Virus record (IMG/VR): IMGVR_UViG_3300038463_000730
Span: 62,001 to 126,000 of that record
Length of the DNA stretch: 64,000 bases
Direction: 5' to 3' (one strand)
Position numbers and translations under genes: made by a program. The notes beneath the pieces are model-generated. The model saw only the letters and a program-made list of their open reading frames with translations, searched no databases and was not told the origin of the DNA. Position 1 is the first letter of the stretch. Every line of letters starts with the position of its first letter. Below, piece after piece: positions 36,874 through 45,362 of this stretch.

Positions 36874-37306
36874 TGAAGTATCCCGCGTTTTTGTGCGCAC
36901 GATACGTCTCGTGCTGCATCCATCCACGTTCGGTCTGGTAGCCCCAGTCCCACGTTTCCCCGCTAACAAAGACCAACGACCAAACCTGGGGAGTGGTTAG
37001 CGTAAGTTTATGCGCGTCGGTATGATCATGCCGAACCAACGAGCCTGCCGTGACATACCTCTCCTTAATGTCCGACCAATAAGGTGACGCAGCCCAGTCC
37101 TCACGATAACCACCGCGCAGAATGAAACTAGTGAAGTTAAAAGGATGGTCATGCATGTGTTTATCTTGGTCGCTTTGTAAAATATGATGTAAATACACTT
37201 TGAACCACGGCGTCTTTAGTAATTGGTATCTACGAAAATGCAGGACACCAAGTTTACTACGAATCTCTTTTATTAGAAAGAGTTTATCAATCAGTCTCTT
37301 TAGCAT
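36857..37306 (-). CDS. cupin-fold protein
   Basis: VYLHHILQSDQDKHMHDHPFNFTSFILRGGYRE...AHKL...WSLVF..WGY; GAGG RBS before MLKRLIDK. Confidence 0.75.
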   Translation of the reverse strand: MLKRLIDKLFLIKEIRSKLGVLHFRRYQLLKTPWFKVYLHHILQSDQDKHMHDHPFNFTSFILRGGYREDWAASPYWSDIKERYVTAGSLVRHDHTDAHKLTLTTPQVWSLVFVSGETWDWGYQTERGWMQHETYRAHKNAGYFNDHSS

Positions 37307-37785
37307 GATTTCCTCGCCATCGAAGGTTCGTATTTGATACCGTTCTTTCCAGCCCACGTTTTGACAGCGTGACAAACGGCACAACGAACAACACACTTGC
37401 CTGATTCAATTTCGGCAATAATTCTTTCCTTAGACGATCTCAAATCAGATATGGTTGCTGTCTTCGGGCCGTTATGATCTATTTGAAGCGCAGCAGCATG
37501 CTTATTGTAACCACAATCAATACAGCCGCGTTCTGTTTTGTATTCAGCCAACCAAGATCTAACAACCTTGGCTGAACTGCGGCCTTGTGAAAGATGTGTG
37601 GCATATCTTTCAGGATTATCCTTGATTCTTATGTAACTACGCTTCCGTTGCGATTGCTTAATTGCCTTTGGTAACCTGAGTGCCGCAGCCTTGTTTCTGC
37701 ATTTCTTTGAACAATACTTAGCGTTGTAGCCTTTGTCTTTCGGCGTAAAATCGTGTCCGCAGTTTTGGCAAGGTAACTGATTCAC
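37300..37785 (-). CDS. HNH endonuclease
   Basis: CQNCG...YCSKKC Zn finger; GCIDCGY...LQIDH...CVVRCAVCHAVKT. Confidence 0.85.
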   Translation of the reverse strand: MNQLPCQNCGHDFTPKDKGYNAKYCSKKCRNKAAALRLPKAIKQSQRKRSYIRIKDNPERYATHLSQGRSSAKVVRSWLAEYKTERGCIDCGYNKHAAALQIDHNGPKTATISDLRSSKERIIAEIESGKCVVRCAVCHAVKTWAGKNGIKYEPSMARKSC

Positions 37786-39206
37786 ACTTCTCCTAGTTGC
37801 TTCAATCTATCTGAGATATCTTCGCTGTTGTCGTTGCCAACAATGTCCGCACCGTAGTCGTTTAGCAATGCACAGTTCGCAAAGTTTTTGAGCAATCGGC
37901 CCTTTACCATTTCTCCATCACGATTCTTGATGAAGTGAACCAACATATCATTGTGCATACCCTCATCGAGACGCTTCTCGATCTGCATAGCAATGTTCGC
38001 GTTCTGAATGATCAAAGCGGAACGTCCGATGCGGTGCTGACCGATGGCTTCTTGACCCGCGTCTTTTGACTTTGCCATACGGTTCAACTGGACAGCTGAA
38101 AGAACGCACACGTTGAAGATACGAGCGAACTCATGAAGCTTTTCGGAGATCTTCCCGAGCTTCAACCAGTCGTCCATTTCCCCTTCGTATTCCATCAACC
38201 CGAGGTAATCTACAACGACAACATCGGGAGTGAACTTAAGCTTCGTATCGTTGAAGATAAGCTCAAGTTGTTCGGCCGTAGCCCCACGCGGGATATCGAC
38301 GATCTCGAATTCAAACGGATAGTCTTTGACGAACTTCAGTCCTTGTTGAAGTTTAGCGAAATTGTCCTCGCGCACCGTTCCATCACGAATGCTCTTGTAC
38401 GGAACATCTGCTACTCTGGACAATACACGGTTCAGACATTGTTCGTACGGCATTTCAAGGGAGAAATACAGCACATTGCATCCCTTCTTATATTCCGCTG
38501 GAACATAAGCAGGATTGCCTTTCATGGTCTTCGGAATAAACTCAGGCTTGTTCGACTGAAGCCACATTTGAATGGCCATATTCATCAGCAACATCGACTT
38601 GCCCGAGCCTGATTCTCCGGCAACAAGAAACAGCTCGGCGGGACGCAGACCGTTGGTCTGGTAATCTATGAAGTTGTAGCCCGTCAGAATTCCACGGCCG
38701 AAATTCGGGTCAGTAATCTTCGCTCTGAGTCTGGTCTGAAATTCAGGGATCGAATCCTTCAGCGTTTTCTGGTCGTAAACTTTGTTCTTGTAGAGACCAC
38801 GAACTCGTTCGACCACATTCTGAATCGATTGAATGCTTTTCTTTACGTCCGTGCTGCTTAAGTCTTCCCCTCGAAGACCTTCGATCAGGCTTTTCGCGTA
38901 TCGTTCCTTTAGTAAATTGAGGTTGTGTTTGAACTCTCGATCGTTCAGCGCACTTTTATCAATTTCATCACAAGTCTGATCGATGTACTTTCCCAACGAA
39001 TCGTTGTTCTTGGCATAGACATCCTTCAAGACTTTTCGGGTCGGAACCTCTTTGTAAACTTTGATGTAGTCAATCACCAGTTTACCGAAGCGCCACAAAT
39101 CATTTGTGAATACGCGCTCTTCACATTCAGAAGAGAACTCCAAAGCGTATTTCTTGTTGTCGAGAATTACTTTAAGTACCGCAATATCAAGCTCTGTAAA
39201 CGTCAT
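37782..39206 (-). CDS. dnaB: DnaB-like replicative helicase
   Basis: AGESGSGKS, YFSLEM, VVDYLGLM, SAVQLNR, IKNRDG; start MTFTELD just after the dnaC stop. Confidence 0.92.
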   Translation of the reverse strand: MTFTELDIAVLKVILDNKKYALEFSSECEERVFTNDLWRFGKLVIDYIKVYKEVPTRKVLKDVYAKNNDSLGKYIDQTCDEIDKSALNDREFKHNLNLLKERYAKSLIEGLRGEDLSSTDVKKSIQSIQNVVERVRGLYKNKVYDQKTLKDSIPEFQTRLRAKITDPNFGRGILTGYNFIDYQTNGLRPAELFLVAGESGSGKSMLLMNMAIQMWLQSNKPEFIPKTMKGNPAYVPAEYKKGCNVLYFSLEMPYEQCLNRVLSRVADVPYKSIRDGTVREDNFAKLQQGLKFVKDYPFEFEIVDIPRGATAEQLELIFNDTKLKFTPDVVVVDYLGLMEYEGEMDDWLKLGKISEKLHEFARIFNVCVLSAVQLNRMAKSKDAGQEAIGQHRIGRSALIIQNANIAMQIEKRLDEGMHNDMLVHFIKNRDGEMVKGRLLKNFANCALLNDYGADIVGNDNSEDISDRLKQLGEV

Positions 39207-39207
39207 A

Positions 39208-39969
39208 TCAACCCTTCTTGCCGATCTTGCGGAAGTCGTCACCGATCACGATCACGTTTTTCACGTACCCCTTCATTAGTGAGGAGAGTGAATCCTTGAT
39301 AGAACCTTGAAAAGCCTCAGAAATGTTAGGACTGTTCGTACAGAAAAAGGTGGGGAGACGGTTCTGTGATCTTGTTCGAAACACGCCTTCCACTGTGCGT
39401 CCGAAAAGGTCCGAAGCCTGTTCAGAAGCCATAAATCGAGTGTCGAATTCATCAATGACAAGATAGTCAACATTGATCAGCTCCTTCCTGGCAATGTATT
39501 TATCATCGATCTCATTAGATAGTAGGATACTTACGATATCACTGAGAGTCGTATACAAACATAGAAAGCCCTTGATGCTGGCAATCTTGATTATATTCGT
39601 CACAGTCATAGTTTTGCCACAGCCATGTGTACCAGCCAGGCAGATGCTCATCCCCTTACTTGATACACCTTGTAAGTCGCTAGCAACCGAATCATAGATC
39701 TCTTTCAACCTAGGAGCGCCGCGGAAGTCATTCATTCCAAGGTCCCAATACTCAACCGGCACATTGCTCTCCGCATAACGACGGATTGCAATAGAACGAA
39801 TCGAGCAGGCTTCGCAGATACCGTCAGCGAGGTTGTCGGTTATGCGGGGTTTGCGACCACTGCACGTTGGGCACGCCTTGACGAGTTCGAAGATTCGTTC
39901 TTGGAGCTTGCGGGGCGGAATGCTGTTGAGACCCTCGCTCCTCGGTAGCCTGGGGGACATTGAATACAT
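39208..39969 (-). CDS. DnaC/IstB-like AAA+ helicase loader
   Basis: N-terminal CPTC..CEAC; Walker A GTHGCGKT; Walker B LVIDE; PTFFCTN; GDDFR. Confidence 0.88.
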   Translation of the reverse strand: MYSMSPRLPRSEGLNSIPPRKLQERIFELVKACPTCSGRKPRITDNLADGICEACSIRSIAIRRYAESNVPVEYWDLGMNDFRGAPRLKEIYDSVASDLQGVSSKGMSICLAGTHGCGKTMTVTNIIKIASIKGFLCLYTTLSDIVSILLSNEIDDKYIARKELINVDYLVIDEFDTRFMASEQASDLFGRTVEGVFRTRSQNRLPTFFCTNSPNISEAFQGSIKDSLSSLMKGYVKNVIVIGDDFRKIGKKG

Positions 39970-40324
39970 GATATTGCACCGGTTGAATCTGCCCCAACTC
40001 ATGGGACGTAGCTTGGTTGAAGAATGCTTCTCGTTCTTGCCTGTTGAGTTCTGTGCGCAACTCGGCAAGTTTCTTTATGTTATTTTGATCCCGAGGTAGC
40101 GCTCGTACATCTTCAAATTCCTTTTGGGCAATCGACGTGTGTCGATAACCAGGAAAAATCTTAATAGCGAGAACTGAATTCTCTGTGTTCTGAATAACGA
40201 AAAAGCTATCCTGAGCTTCAGTCTCAAGAACAGATTTATGATCTGACCAAGAACGAACAAATCCCTCCGCCGCCGTGCCATTATTGAAAAGCACTTTAAC
40301 ATAATTACCTGGTTCGGGATTCAT
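39824..40324 (-). CDS. hypothetical protein (Sm/SH3-like beta N-terminus, coiled coil)
   Basis: 166-aa ORF; its 3' end overlaps the helicase-loader gene. Confidence 0.65.
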   Translation of the reverse strand: MNPEPGNYVKVLFNNGTAAEGFVRSWSDHKSVLETEAQDSFFVIQNTENSVLAIKIFPGYRHTSIAQKEFEDVRALPRDQNNIKKLAELRTELNRQEREAFFNQATSHELGQIQPVQYHVFNVPQATEERGSQQHSAPQAPRTNLRTRQGVPNVQWSQTPHNRQPR

Positions 40325-40341
40325 TCGGCCTTCCTGGAAGG

Positions 40342-40956
40342 CTACTTAACCTTCTTCAGAGAAGATATATCGAACCCTACCTCGATCAGCTTATTAAACG
40401 GCTCCTCATACGACTCTTCACCGCCATCCAATGCGCCTTTCATAAAGGCCAAATCTCCGTACGTAACGACATTTTTAATCCCGAAATCTTCCAGGATCTT
40501 GATGATCGTCGGGGTCAAAATAGTAGACCGACTAATCTCCAAACTGCGCACCCGATTCATCTTGAACTCTGTTACGAAACTCTCGTTCGCCATGAATCCA
40601 ATGACGCGGAACTTGGCTTGGTTAACCTTCTTGTCGAAGACCCAATCGATGTATTCTTTGACGTTCGCGCCCCCGTTGTTCGGCGCCAACATCCGCACAA
40701 AACGCTTGGCCTGAAACGTCTCGTACGACTTCGACGGAACACGATCGAGCTTGAAAGTATACTTCACCCCAAAGTGCTTCTCGAAGCGATATACAAAGTA
40801 CCCAATGATCTGAGGCAACGACCACGTCTGAGGCTCAGACGTTTCGACGCCTTTCATCTTGGCGAAAAAATTGTCGTAGAGTTTGCTGCTCGTATCGATC
40901 AAATCTGCCTGAAGCAAAGCTTGCTGTTGCATTGGTGTCTTCTTTCTCGTGGCCAT
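40342..40956 (-). CDS. hypothetical protein, putative replication initiator/organiser
   Basis: VKEYIDWVF helical motif; lies upstream of the DnaC/DnaB pair (positional inference). Confidence 0.55.
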   Translation of the reverse strand: MATRKKTPMQQQALLQADLIDTSSKLYDNFFAKMKGVETSEPQTWSLPQIIGYFVYRFEKHFGVKYTFKLDRVPSKSYETFQAKRFVRMLAPNNGGANVKEYIDWVFDKKVNQAKFRVIGFMANESFVTEFKMNRVRSLEISRSTILTPTIIKILEDFGIKNVVTYGDLAFMKGALDGGEESYEEPFNKLIEVGFDISSLKKVK

Positions 40957-40985
40957 TATCGTTCCCCGCCCACACTGTAATACCT

Positions 40986-41023
40986 GATCCGGTCACGGTC
41001 TCGACACCGAGACGAACGGATCA
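40986..41023 (-). other. intergenic stem-loop without a U-tract
   Basis: TGATCCG/CGGATCA outer stem and GTCTCG-ACAC-CGAGAC inner stem, starting at the helicase stop. Confidence 0.45.
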
Positions 41024-42514
41024 TTTTCGCCTCTTTCTTTTCACCCAGGTCACTTCGAATCCGTCTTCCGATTCATAAATCTTTTTCCGGATCTTTGAAT
41101 GCTTGTCCAAAAATTTTACGTTATCGGCGAAGTCAACAATCGCTGCGACTTTCTTTCCAGGGTACTTCCGAATGACTCGACCAATTCTTTGGATCGCCTT
41201 AACCGTAGACTTTCCTCCACACGCCACGACGAGGCCGGATAGAGATGGGATATCGACACCGATGTCGAATATCTTACTCGCCAGGACACACTTTAGTTCG
41301 CCAGAGGCTAGGCGTTCTTTTACGCTATCTCGTGTTTTCTGATCGTTCGAACCGTTCAGGATTTCGCAGGGGATTTCGTCTTTGAGCAAATTGTAGAGAA
41401 TTTCACCGTGGGCCAAACTGTTAAACAATACGAGCGTCTGATAACCTTGCGCAACAATTGCCTTTGCCGCTTTTACGACGAGAGCATTTCGTTGTGGATT
41501 TTCTACGACATAGGCCTTGTATGTAGATTGATAGTTGTTTGGCGGTGGCTCATCAAGAGCCGGGACAGCCACAAATTTGATAATCGGTTTAGCGAGAAAA
41601 TCGCGAGCTATCAGATATGACGCCGGAATATCAACAATATAGCGACCCAAAATACCTTCGATAAGGAGATCGGCGTTATCGTCCCGCCAAGGCGAACCCG
41701 ACAACCCATATATACGTTCTGCCGAGTCGAAAGTTTTATAGATACTCTGGATTGTTTCACAGGCTGCCATATGACATTCGTCAATAATATGCAATTTGGC
41801 GTCCGCAACGAGCTTCTGGATCTCCTCGTCCCGCCCCTTAAGTTCAGTTTCTCCATCATCCGAATCAAGTAAGATCTCCGCATTCTTCATTCCAAACGCT
41901 TTGCCTACAGTCCAGATCGAAGCAATGTTGATATCTCCGATCGTACATTGTCCGTCGCCGATCAAACCAACTTTCTTGCCAAAAATAGACGTGAACAAAT
42001 CATGGAACTGGTAAAGAAGATCCTTGCCGATAACATAGATGATCGTTTTCTTACCATACGCAGCGGCCAACATCGCGGCAATTAAGCTCTTGCCACCACC
42101 CGTAGCTAGCTTGATAATTCCACGTTCATGTTTCTTGGCTTCCACGACCGCATCAACCTGATAGGGATACGGGACCTTGTTCAGTTGCTTTAACCTGGCT
42201 TCGATATCGATCGGTGTTGCCGGACCGAACGACTCTCGTTCATCAACGATGTCGAGTTTCTTGTGATGATCACGAAAGAAGTTCTCGATCCGAGGAATCA
42301 ACCCGGTAGGAAAGACCAACGTACTGGTCATGATCTTTCGCGTTCCATCCCAACGCTGGAAGTTTCCCTTCTTATCTTGCCACCCCCGAAACGCTTTCGT
42401 ATACTGCGCTCCCGGAACAACGAAAGAAAGATGCTGATCCAATACGGATAAGAATTCGAAATCTGTCTCTTCAATAATCTGGGAGAAGTTTCCCATTAAT
42501 CTGATCTTTGCCAT
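41021..42514 (-). CDS. superfamily 2 DExH helicase (UvsW/Rad25-like)
   Basis: PYQ, ATGGGKS, IDECH, GLSGSP, IGVDIP, IQRIGRVIR. Confidence 0.93.
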   Translation of the reverse strand: MAKIRLMGNFSQIIEETDFEFLSVLDQHLSFVVPGAQYTKAFRGWQDKKGNFQRWDGTRKIMTSTLVFPTGLIPRIENFFRDHHKKLDIVDERESFGPATPIDIEARLKQLNKVPYPYQVDAVVEAKKHERGIIKLATGGGKSLIAAMLAAAYGKKTIIYVIGKDLLYQFHDLFTSIFGKKVGLIGDGQCTIGDINIASIWTVGKAFGMKNAEILLDSDDGETELKGRDEEIQKLVADAKLHIIDECHMAACETIQSIYKTFDSAERIYGLSGSPWRDDNADLLIEGILGRYIVDIPASYLIARDFLAKPIIKFVAVPALDEPPPNNYQSTYKAYVVENPQRNALVVKAAKAIVAQGYQTLVLFNSLAHGEILYNLLKDEIPCEILNGSNDQKTRDSVKERLASGELKCVLASKIFDIGVDIPSLSGLVVACGGKSTVKAIQRIGRVIRKYPGKKVAAIVDFADNVKFLDKHSKIRKKIYESEDGFEVTWVKRKRRK

Positions 42515-42568
42515 ACCCTAATCTATATCGATTGGGTTGGAAAGCATCGTCATATCACCAGATATAGG

Positions 42569-42901
42569 TTATCCGTTTCGACCACGATTTCGTTGACTAT
42601 TCGCAAGCTTTATGTGAACGCGCCCGTGCTGTTTCGAGATCCATTGGATCTGCCTGGTAAATGCCTCGTGAGTCATCAAGGCTTCAACGGTGAAGTATTG
42701 CCTCTCAAGTTCTTTATTAGAGAAGAACGCATGGATTGTCCGATGACAATCCCGACATAGTGTTTTCGTAACCTTGCCTCCTCGCGTTTTAGGAACCATA
42801 TGATGATCAGTCGGATGGTAATTTGGCCGAACGCAGAGTGGGCACGGATCGGGATCAGCATTTTTTAGATCCGCAATCGTTGGTTTATTCTGGCTCGTCA
42901 T
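42569..42901 (-). CDS. small HNH protein (YisB-like)
   Basis: CPLC...TDHHMVPKTRGG...LCRDCHRTIH.FFSNKEL. Confidence 0.85.
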   Translation of the reverse strand: MTSQNKPTIADLKNADPDPCPLCVRPNYHPTDHHMVPKTRGGKVTKTLCRDCHRTIHAFFSNKELERQYFTVEALMTHEAFTRQIQWISKQHGRVHIKLANSQRNRGRNG

Positions 42902-43964
42902 CCGAGACTTCTATATCAATTGGTGGAATCGTAATTGGTTGCGGTGCCGGAACGGGCGCCGGAACGTTGAGTGGCTTCGACGGAGTCACGGGTCGCGATA
43001 ACGGGCCATAGCTCGGTGGTAATCCGGCCTTCATCTTTGCTGCTGCCATTGCTGGCGGCACGGGCGTGATATGAGACTGGGAAGCCCGAAGCTTAGCCTG
43101 GTGTGCTGCAACCAACGATTGTGCCTTGGCAAGCTCCTCAGGCGTCGGAATGGGCTGGTTCGGGTCAAGTGACTCGGTAACCGGTTCATCTACTCGATCC
43201 TGATCTAGGTCCCCAAGATCATGCATATCACTAATAGCCTCGAAGACCTTCGGCCCAGCACCGTCCCAAGCATAGAGTGATGGGTATGATCCACGATAGC
43301 GTTTGATGAATGTTCGCATGTCCTCCGTGCTGAACAGACCCTTCACATTATGATAACCTTTGCCATAGGCAGACCCGATTGGGTAGATAGGCTTTACAGC
43401 GTCGGTATAGGCCTTCGCCATGTCTTTCATTCCCTTGTCCATCAAGTCCGCTGCCTGAAGCATCGGTTGATTCTGCTCGGTCCAGTAAAGTTGGGGAAAT
43501 ACGGCATCGCAGTAGCGACCAAATTGGCCGTACGGAAATGTTCCGTGAAAGTTGTAGAAGGCGAACGTGCTGTAACCTAAGAACTTGTCTTTCCCGATCT
43601 TCTTACGAAGTTGTGATAGATAGAGTTCCGCGTCACTTTGAAACCCTTCCCATTCGGATTCCCCGTCAATGATATGACCATCGACTCCTTCTTCGAATAA
43701 CGAATGGATATGGTGAGTTTCAGGAGCCCACGTCGTAGGCTTTGAATAGTTCCACGTAAGGACGAGAAGCCCAGCATCATGTGCCTGCTTGATCATATCT
43801 GGAGCAATCTTGCTGCTCCATTGATTGTTTCGGTACGCATCTCCGCTTTTGACAGCGAGCCACGACACCCCGGCAAGAGAAGCTTTCTTTACGATCGCTT
43901 CCCACGATCCGCTTTCACACGCAGAAATCTTCCAAATGAAAAGTCCGATACCGTCTAAATTCAT
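42885..43964 (-). CDS. GH25-like TIM-barrel muramidase, candidate endolysin, with Pro-rich tail
   Basis: GVSWLAVKSGD, HDAGLLVLTWNY, IIDGE (DxE), PQLYW. Confidence 0.7.
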   Translation of the reverse strand: MNLDGIGLFIWKISACESGSWEAIVKKASLAGVSWLAVKSGDAYRNNQWSSKIAPDMIKQAHDAGLLVLTWNYSKPTTWAPETHHIHSLFEEGVDGHIIDGESEWEGFQSDAELYLSQLRKKIGKDKFLGYSTFAFYNFHGTFPYGQFGRYCDAVFPQLYWTEQNQPMLQAADLMDKGMKDMAKAYTDAVKPIYPIGSAYGKGYHNVKGLFSTEDMRTFIKRYRGSYPSLYAWDGAGPKVFEAISDMHDLGDLDQDRVDEPVTESLDPNQPIPTPEELAKAQSLVAAHQAKLRASQSHITPVPPAMAAAKMKAGLPPSYGPLSRPVTPSKPLNVPAPVPAPQPITIPPIDIEVSDDEPE

Positions 43965-44001
43965 ACCAACCTATATAACGAACCGTTGCTTCCGTTACTC
44001 G

Positions 44002-44241
44002 CTACTTGAAGTAACGTGAGGAAAATCGTTTAGGTGGAGGATTGTATGAATTCGACCAAATTCCAGGGTCGTCCCATCGAAGATTCGAGATATCTTCAGC
44101 TCTCAACGACGCTAATGCTTCCCGAACCTCTTTTGGCAAACTACCCACAAGCTGTCCCGGCCCAAACGAAGAGCCTCTTCGAGTAAACCTTGGAATATGT
44201 AACCTACCCATCGCAATTTCGAGCGCATCTTTCGGACTCAT
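44002..44241 (-). CDS. small hypothetical protein
   Basis: 79-aa ORF, ATGA overlap. Confidence 0.55.
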   Translation of the reverse strand: MSPKDALEIAMGRLHIPRFTRRGSSFGPGQLVGSLPKEVREALASLRAEDISNLRWDDPGIWSNSYNPPPKRFSSRYFK

Positions 44242-44933
44242 TTCAATACTCGCAATCTTCGATCAACGAACAACTTGGCTAAGAAATACGCCATCTCGAT
44301 TTCTTTGTTCATTTGTTCGGCCAGTTGAGCAAGTCTTCCCTTTGCTTGGTCATCGTAGGTTGGGCCATCGACCGGAGCCTGAGGAGGACTCATGGGAAAA
44401 TTCTTACTTGGCCATGTCTTCGGAGCGATCGGGCTGCCAGGATATACACCAGGATAGCCACCCTTAATTGTAGCAATCTTACGCATCATTTCTTCCATGC
44501 GTTTCTGCTTATCAAACGTACTCGGATCATAACCAACTCGACGAGAATAGGGCGAGGTCGATACACCGGAACTACCCCAATAGTCCTGACGTTCCCGATC
44601 GCGTTCACGTTCACGTTTCATCAGTTCTTCCAAAGGTTTGAAAATAAAGTCTTCATCATTGTCCCCTTCATACTGGAGGGGAACCTTTAGGCTTTCCTCG
44701 TACTCTGCTTTGGCCTTCTCATAGACCTGCTTACGATATTCTCGTTCTTTCGCTTCTTTACTTCGAATGAGTTGCTTTTCATCCGAAGAAATGAATAAAT
44801 CAAGATAAGCCTTGAGTTCCTCATTCGAGGCGCAACGACCTGTAAAGATCGCCATGGCAATCTCGGTCATTCGAGCTTGTTTGTCCGAGACTACCGACTC
44901 AACCTCTTCGACGTTTTCTTTCTTATCAGTCAT
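44238..44933 (-). CDS. hypothetical protein, paralog of 44941..45360
   Basis: Shared IFxxRC..N..L...L..FISS.EK and LAQL....KE.E...FLAK.FVDRRL.VLK. Confidence 0.75.
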   Translation of the reverse strand: MTDKKENVEEVESVVSDKQARMTEIAMAIFTGRCASNEELKAYLDLFISSDEKQLIRSKEAKEREYRKQVYEKAKAEYEESLKVPLQYEGDNDEDFIFKPLEELMKRERERDRERQDYWGSSGVSTSPYSRRVGYDPSTFDKQKRMEEMMRKIATIKGGYPGVYPGSPIAPKTWPSKNFPMSPPQAPVDGPTYDDQAKGRLAQLAEQMNKEIEMAYFLAKLFVDRRLRVLK

Positions 44934-44940
44934 CTTTTCC

Positions 44941-45360
44941 TTACTTCAGGACCTTCAAACGGCGGTCCACGAATCTCTTTGCTAAAAAGAAAGATAACTC
45001 GACCTCTTTATCGACAAGAGTCCCTAGCTGAGCTAATGCAGATTTTTCACGTTCCTCGTACGTGTCCTCCGAAAACGGGTCATTCGTGTACATGTAACTC
45101 TTTGCACTTGTCCAAGGATCATTTGGGTCGTCAGTACCGACCCAACTAGGCGCCATACTATGATAGGAATTAGCAGTATGGCTTTGGTACTGACGATTCA
45201 ATTCCTCAGCTTTGATTACCTCAGCTTTCTCTTCAGAAGAAATGAACCAACCTAGAAAATCATCAAGGTCTTTGTTTTGACCACAACGCTCGGCAAATAT
45301 CTGCTTCGCTAGCTGCGTTACCTGAGCTGATTTCGAGACTGCCTCATCGTCTTTTGTCAT
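44941..45360 (-). CDS. hypothetical protein, paralog of 44238..44933
   Basis: Same two conserved blocks flanking a shorter middle. Confidence 0.75.
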   Translation of the reverse strand: MTKDDEAVSKSAQVTQLAKQIFAERCGQNKDLDDFLGWFISSEEKAEVIKAEELNRQYQSHTANSYHSMAPSWVGTDDPNDPWTSAKSYMYTNDPFSEDTYEEREKSALAQLGTLVDKEVELSFFLAKRFVDRRLKVLK

Positions 45361-45362
45361 AC

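Noticed and set aside
31571-39206. Inteins or introns in nrdJ or dnaB
   Set aside because: Protein lengths and motif spacing are normal, with no C...HN splice motifs or interrupted frames.
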